This document shows, piece by piece, positions 13,946 to 29,300 of a DNA stretch of 64,000 nt (positions within the stretch are counted from its first letter, which is position 1; each line of letters begins with the position of its first letter). Location of the stretch: the NCBI GenBank assembly GCA_964035545.1, contig OZ037768.1, forward strand, positions 16,041,875 through 16,105,874, written 5' to 3'. The notes under the pieces are model-generated. The model was given only the letters and a program-made list of their open reading frames with translations, ran no database searches and was not told the DNA's origin. The DNA is from Bugula neritina (lineage: Eukaryota; Animalia; Bryozoa). The translations under genes were made by a program, and so were the position numbers.

Positions 13946-15019
13946 TTGATTCTTTATCCAAAGGTGCAGGGCAAACCTTACACTTGTTTCTCTTCTTTCA
14001 TCAGCTGACTTTTTACTTGAGTAAAAAGAACACCCATGATTTTTATATTTGTCTATCTCAAAGGTTTCTAATCTTGTATGCCTTGTCCTCCCTTCGAAAG
14101 TATTTAGGGGTTTAAATTTTTCCCAAACACACTTTTAAATAATTGCATATAAACCAACCTATAGATACAAGTTTTGATTACAAACTTTTTTTATAAAAGT
14201 GCTTGCATACACAAATATTTTTAACGGACAACATGGAACTGTCCATCTCTAATTAATGAGACTTTCGTTTCTGCTCTGTTTATAGTAGGAATAGAAAAGC
14301 GTGGTAAAATAGAGCATGCATGCAATTTACTCACACTAAAGGACCAATAAATTAAAAATTAAACTCTCTGAATGTTCAAAATCTCTTTCAAAATGGGATT
14401 TCCTTAGTTGAAAACTGCTGGATGTGGCCACAAGAGCTGTTTGCCTCTCTTGGCATTGTTATATTGCTCGATTCATCAGTGTTCGTACATGTTATTCTGC
14501 TACATGTAGAGCAATGTCTCCCCTTCTTTTTTCAGTCTTTTGGCTTACTTTTCGCTAACTGCCAGGGTGAGAACAGATCACTTCTCACTTTGTTATGTCG
14601 GCTCGGCAACCGTTAATATTCCAGGTAGCCGAGCTGGCATAACTTTTTTTCATAAATACCATTGCATGAAAACTGCTTGCAAAATATCTTAGGTACAATT
14701 AATTTTTGCATGACTAATAGCAAACCCTTAACAAAAGGGCTGTCCGTATTGTGTAAAGGCAAAGGTTTAGCTAACAGTTTTGTTTCTCTAGAAAATGATA
14801 CATCTTTTAAGTAACAACTGAGAATGAAAATCTTCATGAAACGTTTTGTTTAACTCACTTCTAGCAGATAAATTAACATCAGTTATCAGTATTTTTATTT
14901 TTAATGTTCAAGAACTGAACTAAAATGTGGAATCCTTTTTTTTTATCTTATACTATTTATTTTTGTAGATATATTCTTTCACTATCTACCTTTATTCTGT
15001 GTGATATTCCTATCATACA

Positions 15020-17931
15020 ATGGTGCTGATGCCACCACCACTACCACCACGTGATTCTTTGGCACTACGTGCTAGTGAGTTTCTTAATTTAGCTTTTGCC
15101 TAAACAGACTATAGTTGTGTGATCATTTTCTATTTGTTACATATACATCGTGTTTAAAGGCCTGGCCACACACTTGTGAGAATCACACGGAATAGTCAAT
15201 TTGACACACAAAAAACAATCGTACGAGAAAATTTGAGGGAATTCAAACGAAATTGTTATCGTTGGGTGTACACAACGATGATTATGGATTTTTTTAGCAA
15301 CTGCAATTATTTTATTTCTACCACGTTTCTCTATTTGGCAATTTTCTGCTGTTTGTACCTCGTGCAAGACTCATTCACAAACTATTTATTATGTGTTTCG
15401 TCCGACAAGTGTGTGGCTGGTCATAACGAGAGGATAACTCACGAAAATCGTCACACAATTTTGTGTGATTCTCAAGAGCCAGAGGCCAGGCCTCTACTCT
15501 GTTCACAACTTGAGCTTTTTGCTACATGAAATCACAGTGATACTTCAACTAAATTTGTTGACCAGTACCTTTCTAGAATCTATCACAACCTTGTCATGGA
15601 TAAATACATTGCGATTCGATGTATAATGAGCATACGTTTTGTAGATCAAGACATGCTTGTCAGTTTGAGGCAGCTGAAAGATGTGAGTTGTGTTCCAGTT
15701 CATATTATTGTCTTTTTTTTACCTAAAAACATTGCATCAATGCTCCCTGCAAGAAAAAAACCTGCAGGATCCAAGAAATTGCTCAAAAGTGATTATCAGT
15801 AACCTGTATTTTAAGTAAAAAGTTATATAACAGGATAATTCTTTCTTGTTTTCTAATGTAGATTCATACAAAGTCTAAAAGTCATTAATGCCATTTGGAA
15901 GCATTTTTTAGAACATAATATAGACTTACGTGAAAATTACAAAAAGTATCACAATACTGTGTCTACCTTAATTTACTTTGCTAGGAAGTTCTGAGTTTTG
16001 TAATGAAATTTATAGCAAAAATCCTTATTCAACAGTTTCTTCTTAAACTTAAATGCTACATAACTACAGACAGCTTTTTAGGATTTACAAAGTTCACCCT
16101 GCAATAGTTAACAAATAGTTTCACATTCAGAAATTAAAAGCTCTAGACATGTAAACATAGCAGACTTCCAAGTTATAGCTAAATATTTTACAAACATGGG
16201 ACATAGACGAATTACAGAAAATCTAATTATAAAAGCATGAAGGCAGTTTTTGCAAGCAAATAATGTCCAAATTTCCATCCACAATATACTGTACTTGAAA
16301 TTTTTTAAGCCATGTTTTACTAATCTTATATATACTCGTATATATTTTAAGCTTGATTTTTCAATATTTTAGTTTTTTTTAGATTCTAGAGTTTTATATA
16401 TAAGGATTTTATTTATAGTGAACTATTTGCTTTAAAACCAATGATTAACTTACTCGCAGAGTTTAGATAGTTTAGAAATTTTATAGTTTAGAAATTTTAT
16501 AAATATGCAAAAGAGTGAATGTTTAAACTTTAAACCATCAATTGCTTCAAAAACCTTTTTTATTGAACTGTTAATCGTTGGTGCCACCTGCTCATTCGCC
16601 ATCAAGTATACATTATTAATTTTATATGCAGTGTCCATATTACTGGGGGCCTCTGAATAAAGATACAGCCTCTGCCAAGCTGGCTAACCAACCAGATGGT
16701 GTGTTTCTACTCAGAGATAGTTCTGATCATCACCATCTGTTTGCTTTGACTTTCCGAATGTATGGTAAAGCACACCATGTCCGAATTTCTTTTAGTGCAG
16801 GTATTAAATCTTAATAGTTGCATACAGGTCTGTACAAATTGGAATTTTTTTTCATGAAAAACATAGCTGTTGAATTTTATCCCGTTTTTAAAAACATACA
16901 TTTTCACATGTATTAAAATCTGAATAATTAGACAGTTTAGAAACTGCCACACTAATGTTGGTTGGGAAATTTGGAACTCGTAAACAAGCACTGTTCTGGA
17001 TGAGATTGATTGTAAACATAATTCAACAAATGCCGTATCTTTATTGAATACACATACTTCAACAGCCCTGTGTTTCACAGAAGACTTGCAATGTTAGTGA
17101 TATTTATACTAGTAAAGCCTGATTCAGTATGAGAACAGCAACACCGCATACATGTCTAATTTATTGAATAACATCATTAAAAACTACAAAATAGCTCACA
17201 TGCTTCACCAACTTCAGGCTTGCAATTTGATTCACTCAATTTAACACTCTATCTACTAGATTGACTACATAAAAGATTTTTCAGTAGGAAACTGCAAATC
17301 TCAACTTATTTATCGTACATATGTGTATTAAATCACTTTGTTTTTGGTGTTCTAGCAATTCTGTATTTGCTGTCTAATTTTATTCATAAATTCAGTAAGT
17401 AATTTCACTCTGCTCGCTATTATCAAAACAACTGAGCCACTATAAATGACCAACATAAGCATATAGCAAATTATCACTTGTGTTCCTATAGGCACCGTTA
17501 AATCATCATATAAATAACTAATTTTCTATGTTTTAGGTGTGTTTAGCTTTGACAATGTTGAGAGTCCGCTGATGAAGTCTAACTCTATATTAGAGCTTAT
17601 ACACAGCACGATGATTAAGTCACGAAATAAAGATGTTCAATATTTTATTCGTTCACACGTGCCTCGTGAACCACCTATACCAGTGAACATATTATATCCT
17701 ATATCTCGTGCCAATCTGGTCAACAGTCTTATGCATATTTCGAGACTTGTAATACGAGCAAGAGTTAGACTTGATCATATAGATCAGCTGCCTATACCAA
17801 CTTCTTTAAAAATCTATCTTAAAGACTCTCAGTATTATTGCGAAGACACCATGACACCTCTTCCTATTTGTGACACTTCTCGAGACCCTTTGCCACCACC
17901 ACTACCCCCTGGTCGTCGTCCACCTCATTGA
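15020..17931 (+). CDS. SOCS7: Suppressor of cytokine signalling, SOCS6/7 subgroup (closest to SOCS7), 218 aa
   Basis: Exons 15020-15074, 15645-15682, 16632-16800, 17537-17931 (657 nt, phases consistent). SH2 domain LKDCPYYWGPL..KLANQPDGVFLLRDSSD..HHVRI; SOCS7-like YFIRSHVPREPPIPVNILYPISR; SOCS box SLMHISRLVIRARVRLDHIDQLPIPTSLKIYL. The subgroup assignment is from recalled similarity. Confidence 0.85.
15158..15493. mobile_element. MITE, PIF/Harbinger-like, in SOCS intron 1
   Basis: Terminal inverted repeats AGGCCTGGCCACACACTTGTGAGAATCACAC / GTGTGATTCTCAAGAG..GGCCAGGCCT; imperfect 3-bp flanks (taa/cta); no real coding capacity. Confidence 0.7.
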
Positions 17932-18792
17932 TGCATGTCTGTGTAGTCTTTGGTTGACTGTTGAATATTTCAGGGATTAAATACATTTTATAAGGTTTAT
18001 TAAGTCTGTTTTTCCTTCTAAAAATTAATTACACTTGGAGTTGATATTCTCGGTGAGCATACATAAACCAAATCTAAACTATGTTGATGTATATTTTTAT
18101 CAATTGATTTTGTAATTTCCTCATGTATTTTTGAGAGCTAGATCTCATGGCACCAGTTAATATCTAACAAACTAACACTAAAATATCTAGTTTTGTTAAC
18201 CTATTAAACTGTTAGAGACTTCATTAAATTATCTACTCCTAAAGCCTCTTGGCATATCACCAATGAGCTTCCAATTATTTTTTTTTATTCAAATCAACTA
18301 ATATGGCATATATTATGTCCTCCAATTATATTATCCCAGCAGCAGTGGTGTATTTTATTAATGCAAACTTTGGCACTAATTCAAACCAAAATTCTCCACT
18401 AAATGAGGACGCGGTGGATCACGTGCTCAACATTTTACTTAAATTATTGAATATGGCTTACATTACAAGAATAATTTTATGAGTGTACAAGTTTATAAAA
18501 ATCTCAAAATATGCTGTATTTATGAAATGGCAAAATAGTTGGAAATTTCTTTCATATGATATAAAGTCAAGTTGCTTTGTTGTATTATTTTTAGATTCAT
18601 GGCCATAATACAGATTCATTGACATTCCAAATTTTTGTGGAAGTGCAAACTTTGTATCGCTGAGGCATATTACGTTTTTGAAACACTTCTGCACAATATT
18701 AAGTTATAATTTGCTATTATACATAATTTAAAACTTCAACTAGTAGACCTAGTAAAAACTGAGAAACAGTACTGCAAATTCTAGCATAGCTG

Positions 18793-20845
<2,053 letters not shown>

Positions 20846-21931
20846 TCAACTTATACACCATTGCAAAAGTAACAGCAGATCTGGACCACTTTTCACTAAA
20901 AGCTACTAAAACATTTCAATTTATCAAAAGATAACAAATTGTCTTTTATATTTATGATTATTTGATGAAGAAAAGAATTCTAGATGCAATACAAAAACTT
21001 GATAAGATTTGCAGGATACATCATACTTACTAAACATTGCTCTCAACTCTTTATTCAATGCAAATGCAAATGTACGAGCCTTGCAAATCAAGTTGCAGTA
21101 CTGTTAAAGTGTATCTATTTCAAAATCAATGAAAGCTGCTGTAGTTCTTGCTTGCCACTAAAAAATATTTTATGGTAAGTTATTTGAAGAGCAAAATGGT
21201 TAATTGACACATTTTATTTGAAGCAGTAGAGTAGCATTATATAATGATATTTAGGTTTTCTACTTGCAGTGTACTATATACAGTTAATAGGTGAGATAAT
21301 TCACACACTGATGGCTTGACAATTTTCGATTAATGTGTTTAACAAACCGATTAACAATTCACCAAACCAGTTCATTGAGCATTTACAATGTGGTTCATTG
21401 TAAATATTTGAATCAAAGTTGAATAGTAATCTGATTTGACTATTTTTCCATTTTCAATCTTCCTGTTTTAAATTTTACAACTTATCAAACCACAAGTCAA
21501 TTATTCACTACAATAAATCTACCAAAGTAGGAATAAAATGCACTGACGGATAGAACAATATTAATGTGGAAGTACTTTAAAGTTTGCGTGGAGAGTGTTC
21601 ACTAAATATCCTAGTACAGTCTCCAAAACTGATGTTAGTTGGACTGTGTAATCAGTTGTAAAATTAGTAGCAGGTAAGTTTAGATGAATTTTCAATTTAT
21701 CTTCCAATTTTCAAACAAGTTTCGAGCATTACCTAATGTCTTCTAATAATTTTTACATTTAAAATGTACAAGTTTAAAAATGATTAGCGAATGTATTTAT
21801 GTTATGCAACAAAAACTATTTATTCGGTTTCCATTTATTTACCAATAAATAATTTTAAATAATTATATGTAGTGTTAAAAAAGAGTTTTACAACTTTCAA
21901 ATTACAGCAAAACCAACTTTAATAGTTGCAA

Positions 21932-22807
21932 TAGACCCTTTTCACATGTCCCTCTAGGGGAATTTGTATTTTGAAATTGTCCACAGGTGCAAGTTTGAGC
22001 ATCCATGATATATAGAGAGCCCATAAAATCAGTAGAAATTTAAGGTTTGTGTGAAGACTATTGCTAGTATGAGTTTCATTTTTTCTGAGATTAATATTTT
22101 GGCATAAGCACACAGATTTGGAGTTCCAGAAAAAATTTTAAAAATTTTCTTTTTGACAAACCTCAAGAAAAATGAACTTCAAAGCATGTTTGTGGTTTTG
22201 ATTACTGCATGAGCAAGCTGAATTGGCAACTATATAATATAAGTCTCAAATTAATCATTTGTTATGCTGCAAATTTAATCTGTCTATTTCATATATATCT
22301 ATAGTTTTGTGAGAATGTGAAAATGATGGATGTTGAGGTAGGTCTAGCTATTCTTATAGCATAAGTGTGTAAGTATAGTTAATTGAAAATGCTAACACAG
22401 CTAATCTGCTGTCTCATTCACTAGCAGTGCTCTAAGATTGTGTTAACAGCAGACCAAAGAGTTGAAAGGTCATTAGCTATAAATTGAACACGACAGCCAG
22501 CATAACAAATGATTAATTTGAGACTTACATCATATAGTTGCCAATTCAGCTTGCTCGTGCAGTAATCAAAACCACAAACATACTTTGAAGTTCATTTTTC
22601 TCAAGGTTTGTCAAGAAAGAAAATTTCTAAAATTTTTCTGCTAATCTGTGTGCTTATACCAAAATATTAATCACAGAAAAAGTGAAACTCGTACTAGCAA
22701 TAGTCTTCACACAAACCTTAAATTTTTACTGATTTTATGGGCTCTCTATATATCATGGAGACTCAAACTTTTCACATGTCCCTAGAGGGACATGTGAAAA
22801 GGGTCTA
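21932..22807. mobile_element. Foldback element with ~310-340-bp inverted arms, related to the 19925-20327 element
   Basis: TAGACCCTTTTCACATGTCCCTCTAGGG..CCCTAGAGGGACATGTGAAAAGGGTCTA; the arm at 21932-~22270 is the reverse complement of ~22497-22807, around a ~225-bp spacer. Confidence 0.9.
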
Positions 22808-23394
22808 CTTAAATAAAATAGAGGTATTTTAAAAAACACAATCTGAAAGTTGCTGCTTGGATGAATTTCAACTTTGAATTTTAATTATTTGTTAGATCTT
22901 TGAGAATGTGAGTGATACAGTTTGTTACTAAGATATGCTGCAACAGCTTTCCTAATATACTTATCAAATTCATAGATTATAAGTTATTTATCAATTGAAA
23001 ATTCTTCATCTTTTCAACATTTAAAATGCCAGCCCATTTACATTTTGTTAAAATAGTTGTTCAAAGTGAATAAAAGAATGAATGTTCACGCAATAGAAAT
23101 TATCAGAATCACAATTTTGCACAAGCCAATTCCTGCCTTGCTTAGTATTTTTTAAACAAAAACTATTTTTGCTAAATCATGAAACTCTGCAAAATTCAAA
23201 GCATTTATAGTTCTCTTAACAACAATCTAGCACAAACAATTCAGAACACAGTTACTAAAACATGCTAATACAACCTAGATGTTGCATTAGGCAAACCTAG
23301 ACCATTCATGTGGTCAAACTAACAACTTCTATCAGTTATTAATGCAGCACAAAACAAAAATACATTGTTTCAATATGGGCTGTTTAGTCTAGAT

Positions 23395-23733
23395 CAGGGC
23401 TGTCCAACAGGCAAACCCAGGACTGGATGTGGCCCCCAGCCTACATTTATGTGGCCCTCAAACGCTTAACAAATAAAATTATTTTGCACGTGTATATAAA
23501 GTGGAATGGAAAAACCAACTTTTAAATGTCGTTATTTTATATATGCTAAAAACATGCATCCTGCAGTGATTATTGGGACTTCATTGTGTAATGATAAATA
23601 TAAATTTGGAAAAAAGCTATTTAAAAATTACTTTTGTGGTGGCCCTCAGCTCAAGCTATGTTTTACAATGTGGTCCTCGCCATGAAATATTCTATTTCAG
23701 TGGCCCTCACCCTGAAAAGGTTGGACACCTCTG
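23395..23733. mobile_element. hAT (Charlie-type) MITE
   Basis: TIRs CAGGGCTGTCCAAC / GTTGGACACCTCTG; 8-bp TSD gtctagat/gtctagac with central TA; repeated subterminal GTGGCCC motifs. Confidence 0.9.
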
Positions 23734-24637
23734 GTCTAGACAGTCTATAGTTTAATTTCTATTCAATAATTTATGGAATCTGTGTACTGAGTACCACTGC
23801 AGCATTTTTCAACAAATAACAAAGAAATTTTAAATTTATTTCCAAAACTTAAGTAGGCCTACTAACAAAGTGCTTTACATTTTGTTTAACTACTGCAAGT
23901 GTATTCGTTCTTGAATAGTCATTTTTTAGAAAAACAAATCTTATAGCATAAGTCAAATTTTGCATAGCAACAAAAATTTTAATGTATTATGTCTCTTCTT
24001 GATAACTAGGTTAAATGATATACCAACATGAAGATGATAGGCATAACTTAAAATTAAAAACTAGACATTATGAACAAAGTGACTTATAGTGTGCATATAC
24101 TTTCAAATTTTTGCTAGGTCCATTACCAATAGATTAGTCATTAAACATTAATATCTATGGCTTGGCTATAAAATGATAATGTACAACTATGAAGTATTAC
24201 CACTTGTATAATATTGATATTAGCAATCCCAACACTATTTGTTTGCACTTGAACTTTGCAAAAGTTAAGAAAATGCAAAAAAATTAAAACTGACATAAAT
24301 TTATTGAACTTCAATTATATAATTTAAATTCTATCTTTAAGTCTATATTCATTCACTAGTTCTGTTCTGGTGATTATGATTATAATCATTTTGAGCATCA
24401 CTATATCAATATTACTATTAGCATCAGTATGATATCAATTATGATTACCATGGTGTTTAAGGCTACACCGAATAACCGTGAACAATATTCGTAGTCATTT
24501 GCTTAAAATTCAATTCAAGAATTTGACTTTGATTTAAGGTTTTAGCCGGGCCCTGACTGTCACCGTTAGTGTTACTAACGTTACTACTAGACCTAGTTAG
24601 TCACTGTGACTGTCAGTAACTGTAAGTTAAATCTACC

Positions 24638-25113
24638 ATTGAATTCATAGAAAGTGTCCAACGGAAAGCTGTCCGCTTCATAAGTACTGTTAAAGGACGA
24701 GAAAGTGTCACTGAAGCCAGAAATCTTCTTGAACTGGCACCACTAGAATCCAGAAGACGAAACCATCGAATGACATTACTACACAAAATTCTAGAAAATG
24801 AAACCAGCGATAATACTTTATCTTCTAATTATGATGAGATCGTCAACAACCGATTAAATACAACTATGACCACTAGAGCTGCGAGCAGAGGACAGTTAAC
24901 ATCAATATCTGCAAAGACCAGTGTCTACCACAACAGCTTCCTTCCCCGAACAATACGGGATTTGAGAATAAATATTCATGAATAATTAAAAAAATCAGTG
25001 ATATGCTGATTCACTGCCTACCCACTGTAACACACTGTTATAAACGAGGCATTTAACTTACACATTTTTGTGATATCTAAATGTTCTATCGACACAGGTT
25101 GAACACAGGTTGA
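24638..25113 (+). mobile_element. 5'-truncated LINE (CR1/L2-like clade) 3' end
   Basis: Open frame IEFIESVQRKAVRFI..LAPLESRRRNHRMTLLHKI..YHNSFLPRTIRDL, typical of the post-RT C-terminus of non-LTR elements; it ends in a short tandem tail (ACACAGGTTGA)2. Confidence 0.8.
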
Positions 25114-26302
25114 ACTACAGTCACAGTGAGTAAGCTAGTGCTACTGTTATATCTATTTATTAGTTAGTATTACTATTAGTATTATAGTATAATTATCACT
25201 GAGTCTAATACTAATAGTCATTATAATAGTAATAGTAGCTATTACTAATAGTAATACTTATATTAGTTACTAATTAGTAATTACATTCAATTTTACTATA
25301 ACTATAAGTATAAGTATTACTATTAGTATAAGACAGTACAACATTACATTTACTATTACTATTAGTATTAGTATTACTATTAGTATTACTATTACTATTA
25401 GTATTAGTACTAGTCAAAGGCAGAGCCAAAGTGAAAATCAAAAATGAATTTATTATTCACTATTTAGTTATACTTATTGGTTCAACTCCTTTAAGCTTAG
25501 CCGCTCAGTTATTCAATGAGCAATTTGAATCAATTTCAATTTGAGTTTCACCTTGCTTAAACTGAAACTCAAAGTCTAAGTGAGCATTTCAATTTGGGCC
25601 GTAATTGAATTGAATTAGCATTTCTAAATTCACTTACAGATAACGAATATTTCCTTAAATTTGATATAGCCAATCTGAGCTGTAAGCTAGGTATATACTC
25701 TAATCCTTGATAAATCAAGGTACAAAATTAAATACTAAAACAGTTTTTCTGCGACTATCGAGTGCAACCGGGTACGATTGCTAGACTCGATCCATAGAAA
25801 ATTTTACAATGATCTCTCTGCCGAAATATTATTATGGACTTATATATTTATGTGAAATATGGCCAAATAAGTTTTAGGCTAATATGTTTAAATCTCGTAA
25901 AAGCACGACAATTCTCCAATGTTACACTATTACATGATTTAGTAATTGATATTTATTTCTCGAAGTCAATGTTCACATTCAAAATTTATGATTATTACTT
26001 GGTACTAATAGCTACGAGTAATCTTGTCAATATGAATATAAAGTTTAGTTCCTGAATTATATTAATAAGATAAAGCACCTCAGAGCTCTAAATATTAAAA
26101 TAGCTAAATATCTTTGTACTTACTACTTCACACTTGAGTTTATAGGATCAAAATAGCAATTCCGAATTCGCCAATTGGTATTTACTATTTTCATTTTGAT
26201 TTACTTTTGGCTTGTCATAACAGATAAAATTAAAATACCAATAGTAATCGTAATATTTATAGCAGCTGTTCCAGTTTTGCTTGTTAAAATAACAAAATCA
26301 AA

Positions 26303-29300
26303 ATGACTGCAATGGAGTTGGAAGATCTACGGGTAAGTAATACTAATAGTAATACTGATACTAATACTAATAGTAATAGACAAATATCAATAGACTAGGA
26401 CATACTGATACTATTAGTAGTACTAATAGACATAACATTATTACTATTAGTAATTGTAAACTTCAACTCAATTTCAAATTTATTCATGCTAAAAATCAAA
26501 ATTAAAATAACAATTGAAATAACATTTACATTATGATTTGTTGGCATTCGCATTTAATTTTGTTGTCATAATCATATGATTATAAATATATACTTACAGT
26601 TATAGTCTATAGATCAAGATGATAAAATTAAAGCATTATCATTATGATTATTATTATCCACTTCAAGATTGTTATCATTATCATTATGACCGTTCAATTT
26701 CTGACCAAGTCTAAAGTTGATTCAATAATAATTATCATGTTAAAAGTTTATTAGTATTACACTTTGACTTACAGTCTACGGCTTATTAGCTATTGTCTAC
26801 CACTCTGATTATGGGCTATTGCCTTTGGCTATGGCCATTAGCTATCACTACCAGTATTAGTATTGCTATTACTACTATTATATTATCATGATAATTATAA
26901 TGTTTATATTCATTATCACTTCTAATTCTACTATTACTATAAATGTTACTATCATTATGACTATTATTTTTAATACTAATTATTGCTATAGTAAAATACA
27001 TTTTTTATTAGTGCCAGTATTACTTGTCTATCAGATTTAATATTAATGTTGCTAAAAATGTTATTAAGATAATGATTATAATACTAATAGTAATTATGAT
27101 AATGTTCTATTTATCAGTATGGCCTGTGGGCGTATGCAATTTGCATTTGAAAAAAAATACTGATATATGATTTTCATAAAATTAAATAGTGACAATGTCA
27201 GCTATTGACTAGGTTTTAATGGTGAAGAGTCAAATAAGTTTTATTTATTTGCTACTGAAACCCTTCTAATTATTGGCTAGTTAATGAAGATTATCTAGAA
27301 TAAAATGTAATCTTGTACTATTATGCTCTTACAGTATGAGAAGGTTATTATAATAAGTATATTTATGGATATTACTATGATTACAAATATTCCACACATT
27401 TTCATGGCAATCACAAAGACTTATCAGTAAATCATTCTGGCTATTGGTGATAATTTAAATTGGAATTGATATCCACCATATTTCCAAGGTCACAATGAGT
27501 ATAGTGACCAACGTGATATTTGTCAGCATGTTTTAAATTTTTTTTAAAAGCATTTAACTTTTGAAGTTATTGACGACCTAACTAAGATTGATGTGTAGAC
27601 TAAATAAAATGAATATTTTTTGTAATTGTTATCACTAATTTTTTAAAATGTGCAACTTCTGTAATTCATTTGTTATGACTGACCTTTCAGTTTCCAACTG
27701 ATAGCTCAAAACACAATTGCAAATCACATCTAAACTATACATTCAAGCTCTGTATTTAATTTTCATATGAATATTTAATTTTCTTTCGATATTCTAATAG
27801 TTACAGTCAATGTTCTGCTAAATGTGTTACTTCTACAAACATGTAGAGCATGCTTGAGTTTAACAAACCCTCAGTAGCAGTGTTATTATTGTTTTTTTAC
27901 ATTTTTTTATTTCAAATAATTTGTTTTTTTAAGGTGAATGCACTTTCTCTCTACTTTTATTACATATAAATTATCCTATTTCTTTATATATCATAGCGTA
28001 TGGTCCTAGCTTTTCGTATGACTGAACTACAAGTTTTAATGGGATTTGTTGGCCGACCAAAAACAGGCAAAAAACAAGAATTGATGGAAAGAGCAATGGC
28101 ATTGCTGAGAAATCCTTCTTATCAACTTACAACAAAAATAAAAGAACTTCATTCGTAAGTGTTTAGTGTGTTGAATTGAATGTTACATGTGTGCTGTGGA
28201 AGTTTTGTTATGCTGTGTAACCTGGAGCTTCAGTTGTTAGCTTATCTTTTCTTGAATTCACACTTTAGACAGAGAACTCAAAGATCTTCTCATGTAAATA
28301 ACAGTGTTTACAGACCTCCCCACTCTGCACTCCAACCATTCAATCGGCCCCCTGAGCAACCTCTTCCACAACCTGTACACAACCCCTATCACTATAGAGA
28401 AGAAGAAAATTTCAATGGAAACATCTCTTTAGTAGTTTTGCCTTTTTATGACCATATTTCACAGATTCTTCCACCAACTGTGCTTCGTATGTATGCCATA
28501 TACTTGATTTATTCAACTTTCCAGGGGAAATTTATTTTAACAATTCAAAATAATGAAATTATTGTTATTATTATCATTATATTGTGAATAACATAAACAG
28601 CAAATGTTAAATGGTTTTTTAACTCCATACTGAAATTTATAAACAATATGAATATTTCACAAAGCTTTAACCAGTTTCATCGCATTGTTAATGCATTGTA
28701 ACATAGCTCTCAAGGTGACTACTAGTTGTCCCTACAATTAAAGACAACTCCAAATTTTTTGGGGATTTTATCAGTTAAAAGTTTTGCTATTTCAAATTAT
28801 TCTTTTTTATCACAAGACCATAAACTTACGTATAATTTCATACAATTTTATCAGATTTTCTAACCAGCTGTTTCTTCAATGCTGTTTTCGTGAGCATTCT
28901 TATATTTCTTAGTACCTTTTGTGTTGAATACTCATTTCTAATCAATTGTTATTTGTAATGAACTATGAAGTACTGTATTGTAAAATTCTACAGGGCAAAC
29001 CAACACTAGCAATAGATATCAAGAAGTAATGATCAACTTCTCACTCAGTCCTCAACATGCCAAAGAGGTCACTAGTAATAGGTAAGTCCCATGCCATTTG
29101 TCTTATCAGCTAAGCTGGAATTTGTATCATATAATATAGTACATATTGGTCTGTACATAGTGTTTGGGGGAAATGTATGTATCTTAAGATATAATTGTAG
29201 CTAAGATGTTGTTTTTGGGCAGAAAATGAAGAATTGGTAATTATTGGATAGTAAAGGGTAGATAATCTGGAAATCTGCTGGTGGGAAAATGATCATACCA

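Noticed and set aside
13975-14005. Another CTGATGA...GAAAC on the minus strand
   Set aside because: There is no stem II pairing or stem I/III complementarity, so it is not a hammerhead.
14422-14616. 64-aa ORF upstream of SOCS as an extra coding exon
   Set aside because: It ends in a stop, has no in-phase link to the SOCS exons and shows no similarity to SOCS N-termini.
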